A stretch of 64,000 bases of DNA from Acidobacteriota bacterium (GTDB lineage: Bacteria > Acidobacteriota > UBA6911 > RPQK01 > G965218465), in contig OZ244623.1 in the NCBI GenBank assembly GCA_965218465.1, positions 2,959,549-3,023,548 of the forward strand. The letters run 5' to 3'. Within the stretch, counting starts at the first letter, position 1. Each line of letters starts with the position of its first letter. This document shows, one piece after another, positions 37,334 through 45,841 of the stretch. The notes below the pieces were generated by a model that did no database searches, was not told the origin of the DNA, and saw nothing but the letters and a program-made list of their open reading frames with translations. A program made the position numbers and the translations under genes.

Positions 37334-37676
37334 AGGCGCTGAACATCGACCGTGGGGAAAGGCTGCATCAGGATCGAATGGGGAATGGTTGCCGTTCCCG
37401 ACCCCAGTTATTAAGGTCCGCTCTTGTCCAAGTGACGGCCCTTTTGGACTCGACCTTTCGGTGGTAACGAAATTCTCTGCGAGAATCCTTTCCAAGTTGG
37501 GTGCATCCGGCCGATGCGACCGGTGTCCTAAGGCCGATCTGTCTGTGTGTCTCCCGTTTCGAAAGCTTGAGATCCAGTTCGATTGCCATAGGGTGCGATT
37601 TTGAATTTCACTTTGGCAAAGTGTGGCTCGTTTCTTCATAATCGGAGTATCGAAGCCTTTTTTCTGGAGAATGCCT

Positions 37677-38840
37677 ATGTCGGCAAATGAGAGTGTCTGC
37701 CAACCGCTGTCTCGACTTAGCGAAGAGGAAGAACTTTTTCGTCGCACGGTCGCCGATTTCGCCCGGGAACGACTCAAGCCTCACGTTGCCGCTATGGACC
37801 GCGAGGGGGCCTTTCGCAAGGATTTGCTCCAGGAGTTCTTTGAGTTGGGATTGATGGGAATAGAGATTCCGGAAGAATTTGGCGGTGCCGGTGCGAGTTT
37901 TTTTATGTCTGTTCTGGCGGTGGAAGAACTGAGTCGGGTCGATGCCTCCGCAGGAGTGATTGTCGACGTCCAGAACACGCTGGTCAACAATGCCCTCTTG
38001 CGTCACGGAACTGACGAGCTAAAACGGCGCTATCTGCCCAAACTAGCCAGCGACTGGCTGGGGGCCTATGCCCTTTCGGAAGCCGGCTCCGGAAGCGACG
38101 CTTTCGCCTTGACCACTCAGGCCACCCGGCAGGGAGATCAATTTGTTCTTAATGGGCGCAAACTTTGGATCACCAATGCCCAAGAAGCTTCACTCTTCAT
38201 CGTATTCGCGACGGTGGATCCAAAGCTTGGTTACAAAGGAATTACGGCCTTTTTGGTGGAAAGAGATTTCCCCGGGTTCGGTGTGGGCAAGAAGGAAGAA
38301 AAACTGGGGATTCGTTCCTCATCCACCTGTGAGTTGCTGTTGGACGATTGTCAGGTGCCGGCCGAGAATATCCTGGGACAGGTCGGAAAAGGCTACAAGG
38401 TTGCGATCGAGACGCTCAATGAAGGACGAATTGGTATCGGTGCCCAGATGGTGGGAGTCTGCCGCGGAGCGACGGAGTGTGCCTTGGAGTACGCTCAGGA
38501 GCGGGAGGCTTTTGGCCGACCTATCGCGCAGTTCCAGGGAATCCAATTTCAGCTGGCGCAGATGGCGACCGAAACCGAAGCGGCCCGTCTCATGGTCTAC
38601 AACGCAGCCCGCTTGTGCGATGCCGACCAGGACTTCTTGACCGAAGCTGCAATGGCCAAGTATCAAAGCTCGGTGGTGGCTGAACGGGTCAGCTCCCAAG
38701 CCGTCGAGATCTACGGCGGCTATGGATACAGCCAGGACTATCCGGTCGAGAAGTACTACCGCGACGCCAAGATCGGAAAGATTTACGAGGGTACCTCCAA
38801 CATGCAATTGGCCACCATCGCCAAACAACTGCTGCGCTGA
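37677..38840 (+). CDS. Acyl-CoA dehydrogenase (short/branched-chain type)
   Basis: ...EEFGGAGASFFMSVLAVEELSRVDAS...YALSEAGSGSDAFA...YGGYGYSQDYPVEKYYRDAKI. Follows etfBA. ATG 37677 with GGAGA 6 nt upstream (37671 also possible). Confidence 0.85.
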   Translation: MSANESVCQPLSRLSEEEELFRRTVADFARERLKPHVAAMDREGAFRKDLLQEFFELGLMGIEIPEEFGGAGASFFMSVLAVEELSRVDASAGVIVDVQNTLVNNALLRHGTDELKRRYLPKLASDWLGAYALSEAGSGSDAFALTTQATRQGDQFVLNGRKLWITNAQEASLFIVFATVDPKLGYKGITAFLVERDFPGFGVGKKEEKLGIRSSSTCELLLDDCQVPAENILGQVGKGYKVAIETLNEGRIGIGAQMVGVCRGATECALEYAQEREAFGRPIAQFQGIQFQLAQMATETEAARLMVYNAARLCDADQDFLTEAAMAKYQSSVVAERVSSQAVEIYGGYGYSQDYPVEKYYRDAKIGKIYEGTSNMQLATIAKQLLR

Positions 38841-38851
38841 TCGGACCGCCG

Positions 38852-39934
38852 ATGTCGCTTCTGAGGTTTCCCCAGTCCCGCTCCCAGTTCGGGGCCCTCC
38901 TGCTTGGTTGGTACCAGCGCCACAAGCGGGACTTGCCTTGGAGAGAGAATCCTTCACCGTATCGGATTTGGCTGTCCGAGGTGATGTTGCAGCAGACTCA
39001 GGTTGGCACCATGGTGCCGTTTTTCAACCGCATCCTGGAGCGCTTTCCTGATCTGGAGACACTGGCCCGGGCACCGCTGGAAGAGTTGCTCTCGCTCTGG
39101 TCAGGTTTGGGCTATTACAACCGGGCCCGGAATCTACACCGCGCAGCCAAGCAGGTCAGGCGTGACTTTGGCGGAAACTTTCCCCGGTCTTTCCAGCAAG
39201 CGCTCAAGCTGCCGGGCGTGGGCCGTTATACTGCCGGAGCGGTTCTTTCGATTGCCTACCACCTGCCCTATCCGGTGCTGGACGGCAACGTGCGGCGGCT
39301 AATGGCACGTTATCTCAAGATCGAAGGCCCGATCGACAGTGCCGTTGAGCAGCAGCTGTGGGACACTTTGGCGGATTTGGTGGCTTTGCCCGGTCTTCGA
39401 TCTCGGGTGGCGGACTTCAATCAGGCATTAATGGAACTAGGCTCGCTGGTTTGTCGGCCGCGTCATCCCCAGTGCCTGCTCTGTCCTCTAAAAGAAAAAT
39501 GTCGTGCCCGGCGACAGGGCCGGCAGCACGATTTGCCCCATAGGGTCGGCAGCCGGAATTCAGTACAGCTTCATTTTTCGGCGGCAGTGATTTGTCGGGA
39601 CGGCAACCGCTATCTAATGCATCAGAATCACCAGGGACCCTATCTGAAAGGGTTCTGGGAATTCCCCAAAGTGGAAGGAAGGCCGGAAAAAGATCTGACC
39701 CATCGTTTTCTGATGACGCACCGGTTGCACTTGCGAGTCGAGAGCGTGTTGCCTCCAATTCGTCACCAAATCACCTTTCGCCGACTCTACCTGCACCCCG
39801 TTATTGGCCGGCTTTCCCAGCCTCCTGAGGAATCGAAGTGGGTGTGGAGCAAGTTAGGCGCCACGGGACGACCCGCTTCCGCATTTGTGACCAAGATCGC
39901 CAAGGCCGTGACGTGTAGCCGGGCGGCCCAATAA
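38852..39934 (+). CDS. mutY: A/G-specific adenine DNA glycosylase
   Basis: LLGWYQRHKRDLPWR...YRIWLSEVMLQQTQVGTMVPFF...LPGVGRYTAGAV, Fe-S loop C..C..C..C (CRPRHPQCLLCPLKEKC), NUDIX-like C-terminal domain. Confidence 0.85.
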   Translation: MSLLRFPQSRSQFGALLLGWYQRHKRDLPWRENPSPYRIWLSEVMLQQTQVGTMVPFFNRILERFPDLETLARAPLEELLSLWSGLGYYNRARNLHRAAKQVRRDFGGNFPRSFQQALKLPGVGRYTAGAVLSIAYHLPYPVLDGNVRRLMARYLKIEGPIDSAVEQQLWDTLADLVALPGLRSRVADFNQALMELGSLVCRPRHPQCLLCPLKEKCRARRQGRQHDLPHRVGSRNSVQLHFSAAVICRDGNRYLMHQNHQGPYLKGFWEFPKVEGRPEKDLTHRFLMTHRLHLRVESVLPPIRHQITFRRLYLHPVIGRLSQPPEESKWVWSKLGATGRPASAFVTKIAKAVTCSRAAQ

Positions 39935-39984
39935 TCCTCTCAGATACTGGTGCTGCTCTCCTGATCCGTTATACTGATGCCCCG

Positions 39985-40947
39985 ATGAGGCGAACACTGC
40001 TTCTGTTCTTGGGGTTGCTGGTTTCACTGACACCGGTCCTGCAGGGGCAGCGAGGGGGGGGCCTTCCCCGTCGACTTGCCGACCCCCAGACTATTTACCT
40101 GGCCGCCGAGGCGCGGGTCGAATTCCTCGAATTCACGTCAGCGGCCTTGGGCCGCCCCATGAGTTACAGCGTCTATTTGCCTCCCAGCTACCGGAAAGAG
40201 AAAGAGAAGGAAGGATCGTTTCCCGTTATCTACTTTCTTCATGGTATGAACAACGATGAGACCAGTTGGTGCGTCGAGCGGTATGGCAACTTCCCGGCAG
40301 CCATTACCGAGCTGATAACCAGCCACAAGAGCCCCGAGTTCGTGATGGTGCATCCGCGAGGAGAAAGCAGCTTCTACACTGACTCGGCGGATGGCACTCA
40401 GAAATTCGAAGAATACATCCGCGTAGATCTGCTGCAAGAAGTCGAGCGGCGTTTTCGCGTGTCAACTGCAAGCAGCGGTCGGGCCATCGTCGGGACCTCC
40501 ATGGGAGGTTACGGGGCTCTGAAGATTGCCTTCAAATACCCTCAGCTTTTTGCCGCCGTGGCGGCCGGGTCGCCCATTGTCTTGTTGGGTGACAATCCTA
40601 TGGAGCAGCTCTGGTCCAGCTCATCCAGGTTCGGCGAGCGCTTTGGCCGACTCTTGGGCCGGATTTATGGCAATCCGTTCGATCAGGAGCACTGGAGGCA
40701 AAACAGTCTTGAGCGATTGGCCAGCCAGTCAGATTTGGGTGGCCTCCAAGTGCTGCTGCTTTACGGCAAGCAGGATCGTTACAATAGACTGATCCCGATG
40801 GAGCAGGGTATTCGGCGGCTGAACGCGATTCTGCAAGAACGGCAAGTCCAAAGCCGCCTTGAAGTTTTCGAGGCTGAGAACCATGGCTGGAGCCTGTTGT
40901 TCAATCGCCTGGAGAGTGTGATTCATTTCCTGACGGCGAGTTTTTGA
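39985..40947 (+). CDS. Secreted putative esterase (esterase D / enterochelin-esterase-like alpha/beta hydrolase)
   Basis: Signal peptide. FPVIYFLHGMNNDETSW...GTSMGGYGAL (GxSxG). Confidence 0.7.
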   Translation: MRRTLLLFLGLLVSLTPVLQGQRGGGLPRRLADPQTIYLAAEARVEFLEFTSAALGRPMSYSVYLPPSYRKEKEKEGSFPVIYFLHGMNNDETSWCVERYGNFPAAITELITSHKSPEFVMVHPRGESSFYTDSADGTQKFEEYIRVDLLQEVERRFRVSTASSGRAIVGTSMGGYGALKIAFKYPQLFAAVAAGSPIVLLGDNPMEQLWSSSSRFGERFGRLLGRIYGNPFDQEHWRQNSLERLASQSDLGGLQVLLLYGKQDRYNRLIPMEQGIRRLNAILQERQVQSRLEVFEAENHGWSLLFNRLESVIHFLTASF

Positions 40948-40978
40948 GCGACTGTCGATCATGCCTCGAAGCTGAAAC

Positions 40979-42148
40979 CTACTGCAAGGCCAGCCATGCG
41001 GGGTCTTCGAGCAGGGAAATCAATTTGTTCATGAAGCGGGCCGCAACCGCTCCGTCAATCACCCGGTGATCCGCCGATAACGAAAGATTCATCATCTGCC
41101 GGATCACGATCTGATCTTCGCGGACTACTGCCCGCGGCCCGATCCGATGGACACCCAGAATTGCCACTTCCGGATAATTGATAATTGGGGTCGCAAAGAT
41201 ACCTCCCAACGCTCCTAGACTGGTGATGGTGAAGGTTCCATCGCGCAGGTCGTCCAAATTGGCTTTGCCTTGGCTGGTCCTTTCAGCCAATTCTCCAATG
41301 GCTTGCCCCAATTCAAGCAGGGAAAGGCGGTCGGCCTGCTTAACCACCGGGACCATCAGGCCTTCCGCGGTCGCCGTCGCGATTCCGATGTTGTAAGACT
41401 TCTTAAGGTGAATGACCTGCTTTTCCTCATCCAAGGTGGCATTGAGAAACGGAAACTCCCGGAGACCGGAAATGAGGGCCTTGGCAACAAAAGGCAAATA
41501 GGTGATTTGTTCTGCGGGGTGGCGCTCGTTAAAGCGACGTCGGCTCTCGACCATTGAAGTGACGTCCATTTCATCACAGTATGTGTAATGGGGCGCAAAG
41601 CGTTTGGCGGCCAGCAAGTGATCGCCAATTTTCCTGCGCAATCCTCGGTAGGGGATGCTCTCAACTTGCTCGGAAGGAGGCGGGGGCCCCGTGGCGATGC
41701 CTTCAGCTGCCCTTAACACGTCCTGGTTGGTTACCCTTCCTCCCCTACCGGTTCCAACCACCGTAGTCAGATCGACTCCCTTTTGGCGGGCCAGCCGGCG
41801 AGTAGCGGGGGTGGCCAGGATCCTCTTGTCCGTTGCCCTGGGTAGGCGCGGTTTGGGTGGAGCCGAGACGGATGGTGTGGCTGCGACCTCTGGGCTCGAT
41901 TCGGGGGCGGAGTCGGACTCGATGACGACTAGCGTGGCGCCGACTTCCACCACACTTCCTTCCTGACCGTTGGTCTCCAGGACTTGGCCGGCCACGGGAG
42001 CGGGAATCTCAACGGTGGCCTTGTCAGTCATGATCTCGACCATGGGCTGGTCTTCGTCAATGCGTTCGCCTTTACAGATCAACCATTTGACAATCTCACC
42101 CTCGACCACACCTTCGCCGATATCAGGTAGTTTGAATTCAAAAGCCAT
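40979..42148 (-). CDS. 2-oxoacid dehydrogenase E2 (dihydrolipoamide acyltransferase), branched-chain type
   Basis: Lipoyl domain MAFEFKLPDIGEGVVEGEI...EIMTDKATVEIPAPVAG. Catalytic SLSADHRVIDGA. Confidence 0.9.
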   Translation of the reverse strand: MAFEFKLPDIGEGVVEGEIVKWLICKGERIDEDQPMVEIMTDKATVEIPAPVAGQVLETNGQEGSVVEVGATLVVIESDSAPESSPEVAATPSVSAPPKPRLPRATDKRILATPATRRLARQKGVDLTTVVGTGRGGRVTNQDVLRAAEGIATGPPPPSEQVESIPYRGLRRKIGDHLLAAKRFAPHYTYCDEMDVTSMVESRRRFNERHPAEQITYLPFVAKALISGLREFPFLNATLDEEKQVIHLKKSYNIGIATATAEGLMVPVVKQADRLSLLELGQAIGELAERTSQGKANLDDLRDGTFTITSLGALGGIFATPIINYPEVAILGVHRIGPRAVVREDQIVIRQMMNLSLSADHRVIDGAVAARFMNKLISLLEDPAWLALQ

Positions 42149-42176
42149 GTTGTCTTAGACCTCGCGCGGGCAGGGA

Positions 42177-43154
42177 TTAATAGCCGAGGCTTTGGTGCGC
42201 TGCGCTCAGAATGCGATGTTGGCTCGGCAAGTAGTGTTCTTCGAGCGCATAAGGGAAAGGAACATCATAACCGGTTACCCGAAAAACCGGCGCTTGGAGA
42301 TGGAGCATGGCCCTTTCGCTGATAACCGCCGCCAATTCGGCTCCAAAGCCGCAAGTTCGCGGGGCTTCATGAACGATCACGACCCGACCGGTTTTCTCAA
42401 CTGAGGCCAAGACGGTCTCGATGTCATAGGGCATCAGGGTTCGCAGATCAATCACTTCGATGTCAAGTCCTTCATCGGCTGCCGCCTTTTCCGCCGTCTG
42501 CAAGGTCAACGGGACCATGGCGCCGTAGCAAAGGATTGTGAGATGACTCCCTGGTCGCACCACTTGGGCCTTGCCCAGCTCAATCGTGTAGTCCCCTTCC
42601 GGAACTTCGCCTCGAGCTGCCCTATAGATTTTCTTGGGCTCCAAGAAAATCACCGGATTATCATCCCGGATCGATGCCAGGAGCAAGCCCTTGGCATCAT
42701 GGGGACTAGAGGGGACGACTACCTTGAGGCCGGGAGTGTGGATGAAGTAGGCCTCGGGGCTTTGGGAATGATAGTGCCCGCCACGAATGCCGCCGCCGTA
42801 GGGTGTCCGGATGACCATGGGACAGGTGATCTGTCCTCCCGACCGGTATCGCATTTTGGCGGCCTCATTGACGATCTGATCGAAGGCCGGAAAAATAAAA
42901 TCCACGAACTGGATCTCGGGGACGGCACGAAGTCCGTAAAGCGCCATGCCGATCGCGCAGCCGATGATGCCCCCTTCAGACAGCGGAGTATCGCAGACAC
43001 GTTCGGTTCCAAACTCTTTCTGGAGTCCTTGGGTGGCACGAAAGACGCCGCCAAAATGGCCGACATCTTCGCCTAGGATGACAACCCTTTCGTCGCGTCT
43101 CATCTCAAGACGCAAGGCATCGTTTATGGCCTGAATAATATTGAGTGTCGGCAT
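42177..43154 (-). CDS. 2-oxoisovalerate dehydrogenase E1 beta subunit
   Basis: MPTLNIIQAINDALRLEMRRDERVVILGEDVG...DTPLSEGGIIG is transketolase-like. Confidence 0.9.
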   Translation of the reverse strand: MPTLNIIQAINDALRLEMRRDERVVILGEDVGHFGGVFRATQGLQKEFGTERVCDTPLSEGGIIGCAIGMALYGLRAVPEIQFVDFIFPAFDQIVNEAAKMRYRSGGQITCPMVIRTPYGGGIRGGHYHSQSPEAYFIHTPGLKVVVPSSPHDAKGLLLASIRDDNPVIFLEPKKIYRAARGEVPEGDYTIELGKAQVVRPGSHLTILCYGAMVPLTLQTAEKAAADEGLDIEVIDLRTLMPYDIETVLASVEKTGRVVIVHEAPRTCGFGAELAAVISERAMLHLQAPVFRVTGYDVPFPYALEEHYLPSQHRILSAAHQSLGY

Positions 43155-43168
43155 CTGGAGGATCGGAC

Positions 43169-44254
43169 TTATCGCTCTACCGTTATTGCGTTCTCGAGCT
43201 CTTGCTGTTGTTCGGTCAAATGCCAGGGCTGTTGGTCAAAAACATCTTGAAAAAGACTATCAACGTCCGGGCTTCCCACCGCTTCGGCCTGGCGAATGTT
43301 GTCCAGGATTTGATTCTGAATCTCCTTCTCCAGCCGCTGGTCTTCTTTTTCAGACCACCGTTTGGTGTTGATGAGATAGTTCTTCAACCGTCGCAGCGGA
43401 TCACGAGGTTCCCACTTATCTACCTCTTGCGCATCGCGGTAAGCCCTTGGATCATCGGAAGTTGAGTGTCCGCTCATTCGATAAGTGACCGCCTCGATCA
43501 ATGTCGGACCATCTCCTCGACGAGCCTTCTCGACTGCCTTCCGAGTCACTGAATATACTCCGAGCAGGTCGTTGCCATCGACTCGTACTCCATCAATGCC
43601 ATAGGCGAGGCCCTTAATAGCCAAGTTCTTGCTGGCCGTCTGCTTGGCCAGCGGAACGGAGATCGCCCACTGGTTGTTGCGGCAAAAAAACACTGCCGGA
43701 ACCTTGAAGGTTGCGGCGAAATTAAGGCCGACGTGAAAGTCGCCCTGGGAAGTAGCCCCGTCGCCGAAGTACACCAATACAGCTTCTTTTTTTCCCAAGA
43801 TCTTGGCTGCCCAAGCCACTCCCGTGGCCTGAGGGATCTGAGTGCCGACTGGACTGGAAACCGAGCCGTAGTAGAGTTCCGCTGCCGCAAAATGATTCGG
43901 CATTTGACGACCCTGAATAGGATCCTCCCGGTTGCCAAACAATTGGCAACAGAAGTCGTGAATTGGGAAGCCTCGCAAGAGCGCGGCGCCCAGTTCGCGA
44001 TAGGCGGGTATGATCCACTCATTGGCTCGCAGGGCAAAGGCGCTGCCGACAACCGCGGCTTCTTCGCCGATTGAGCCGATGTAGAAACCGATGCGCCCTT
44101 GACGCTGCAGGGTGATCATCCGCTGGTCGAGGCGGCGGGTGAAGAGCATAGTGCGGTAGAGCTTTAGCAGGTCTCTATCGCCGATTTGAGGAGCCTTAAT
44201 CCCGTCGGCCAACTTCCCATCAGGACGCAGAATCTGCACAATTGAATCGGCCAT
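43169..44254 (-). CDS. 2-oxoisovalerate dehydrogenase E1 alpha subunit (TPP-binding)
   Basis: ...YFGDGATSQGDFHVGLNFAA...YRMSGHSTSDDPRAYR. Confidence 0.9.
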   Translation of the reverse strand: MADSIVQILRPDGKLADGIKAPQIGDRDLLKLYRTMLFTRRLDQRMITLQRQGRIGFYIGSIGEEAAVVGSAFALRANEWIIPAYRELGAALLRGFPIHDFCCQLFGNREDPIQGRQMPNHFAAAELYYGSVSSPVGTQIPQATGVAWAAKILGKKEAVLVYFGDGATSQGDFHVGLNFAATFKVPAVFFCRNNQWAISVPLAKQTASKNLAIKGLAYGIDGVRVDGNDLLGVYSVTRKAVEKARRGDGPTLIEAVTYRMSGHSTSDDPRAYRDAQEVDKWEPRDPLRRLKNYLINTKRWSEKEDQRLEKEIQNQILDNIRQAEAVGSPDVDSLFQDVFDQQPWHLTEQQQELENAITVER

Positions 44255-44355
44255 TGGGCGAGATTATATATTTGGTCAAACCGGAGACTCAAGGCTGCAG
44301 CGAGAACATTTGTGGCCAGTATGGCTTGGTCCGAATCAGGAAGGGGAGGTCCACA

Positions 44356-44973
44356 ATGAACGGCCAACTCGGTCCCGTTGATGTCATTCTGTTGGCCGCC
44401 GGGGGCTCCTCCCGATTGGGTCGTCCCAAACAACTATTGCCCTTGGGTGAGCGGACGCTGGTTGAAGTGGTCGCCGACCAAGCTCTTCGTTCTCAAGCTC
44501 GTCGCGTGACCGTTGTGCTGGGAGCTCAAGCCGACCGGCTGATCCCTCTCTTGGAAAAACTGGAACTATCCGTTTGCCTCAACCCTGCCTGGGAATCAGG
44601 CTTGGGCTGCTCGATCCGGGTCGGAATGGAACACTTGCTGAACATGTCTCGACCCCGGCCCCAAGCGGTCGTTTGTCTAGCCGTGGACCAACCGCTGGTT
44701 ACTAGTCAGACCATTGACGGATTGATCAAGGAAGCTGTGGCCAGCCAAGCGCGAATCGTCGCTTCGAGCTATGCCGGTACTGTTGGTGTCCCAGCTCTTT
44801 TCCAGGCTTTCTTTTTTCCCCAGCTCTTGCAGCTTGACGGCGACCAGGGAGCACGCTCTCTGATCCATCAACACCGTTCCCAGGTTAAGCTATTTCCTTT
44901 TCCTGAGGGAGCTGTGGACATCGATACCGAGAAGGACTACGCTCGACTGCTGGCGCGACTTGGTCGAGGCTGA
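44356..44973 (+). CDS. MobA-like NTP-transferase (molybdenum cofactor guanylyl/cytidylyltransferase family)
   Basis: VILLAAGGSSRLGRPKQLLPLGERTLVE. aggggagg RBS before ATG 44356. Confidence 0.65.
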   Translation: MNGQLGPVDVILLAAGGSSRLGRPKQLLPLGERTLVEVVADQALRSQARRVTVVLGAQADRLIPLLEKLELSVCLNPAWESGLGCSIRVGMEHLLNMSRPRPQAVVCLAVDQPLVTSQTIDGLIKEAVASQARIVASSYAGTVGVPALFQAFFFPQLLQLDGDQGARSLIHQHRSQVKLFPFPEGAVDIDTEKDYARLLARLGRG

Positions 44974-45014
44974 CCGCAAGTGACTGATCCTCCGCACGGG
45001 CGCGAGCGAAGGGC

Positions 45015-45821
45015 ATGAAGATAGCATTGGTCCAGCAGAGAGCCGGCTCGGATCCGGTTGCCAACCGAGAACGGGGTATTCAGGCCCTTCACGAAGCGGC
45101 CCGAGAAGGCGCCAAGCTGGCGGTGTTCCCCGAGTTGGCTTTCCTCCCCTTTTTCCCGCAACTTCCCAAACGAAATCGGCCCCTGGGTTGGGCTGAAACC
45201 ATTCCTGGGCCGACCACAGAGCTTTTCTGCCGGCTGGCAGCCCAACTGGAAATGGTGATCGTACTCAACCTTTTTGAATCCGGGGGACAGCATACTTTTG
45301 ATTCCTCGCCTGTGATTGACAGTGATGGATGCTTGTTGGGCACCACCAGAATGGTCCATATTCCGGAAATGCGCGGTTTTCACGAGCAGGACTATTACAC
45401 ACCGGGTGATACGGGGGCCCCGGTCTACGAGACGTGCGTGGGGCGAATTGGTGTGTCGATCTGCTACGACCGGCACTATCCCGAATATTTGAGGGCGCTG
45501 GCTTTGAAAGGTGCTGAACTGGTGGTTGTTCCGCAGGCGGGATCGGTTGGTGAGTGGCCGGCAGGTTTGTTTGAGGCCGAAATGCAAGTGGCGGGATTTC
45601 AGAACGGATACTTCACTGCCTTGGCCAATCGGGTGGGAGCGGAAGAACACTTGATCTTCGCCGGCGAGTCTTTCGTGACTGATCCGGCCGGACGCGTGGT
45701 AGCCCGAGCACCGACCGGCGAGGAATTCATTCTTTTTGCCGACCTCGATCTTGCCTCTGCCCACCAAAGCCACGCGCGCCGTCACTTCCTGGCCGACCGG
45801 CGACCGGAAGTGAAGTTCTAA
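45015..45821 (+). CDS. Carbon-nitrogen hydrolase family protein (nitrilase/amidase superfamily)
   Basis: MKIALVQQ...VFPELAF (catalytic Glu), GVSICYDRHYPE (Cys). Confidence 0.8.
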   Translation: MKIALVQQRAGSDPVANRERGIQALHEAAREGAKLAVFPELAFLPFFPQLPKRNRPLGWAETIPGPTTELFCRLAAQLEMVIVLNLFESGGQHTFDSSPVIDSDGCLLGTTRMVHIPEMRGFHEQDYYTPGDTGAPVYETCVGRIGVSICYDRHYPEYLRALALKGAELVVVPQAGSVGEWPAGLFEAEMQVAGFQNGYFTALANRVGAEEHLIFAGESFVTDPAGRVVARAPTGEEFILFADLDLASAHQSHARRHFLADRRPEVKF

Positions 45822-45841
45822 CCCGGCTTTTTTCGGGGCCC

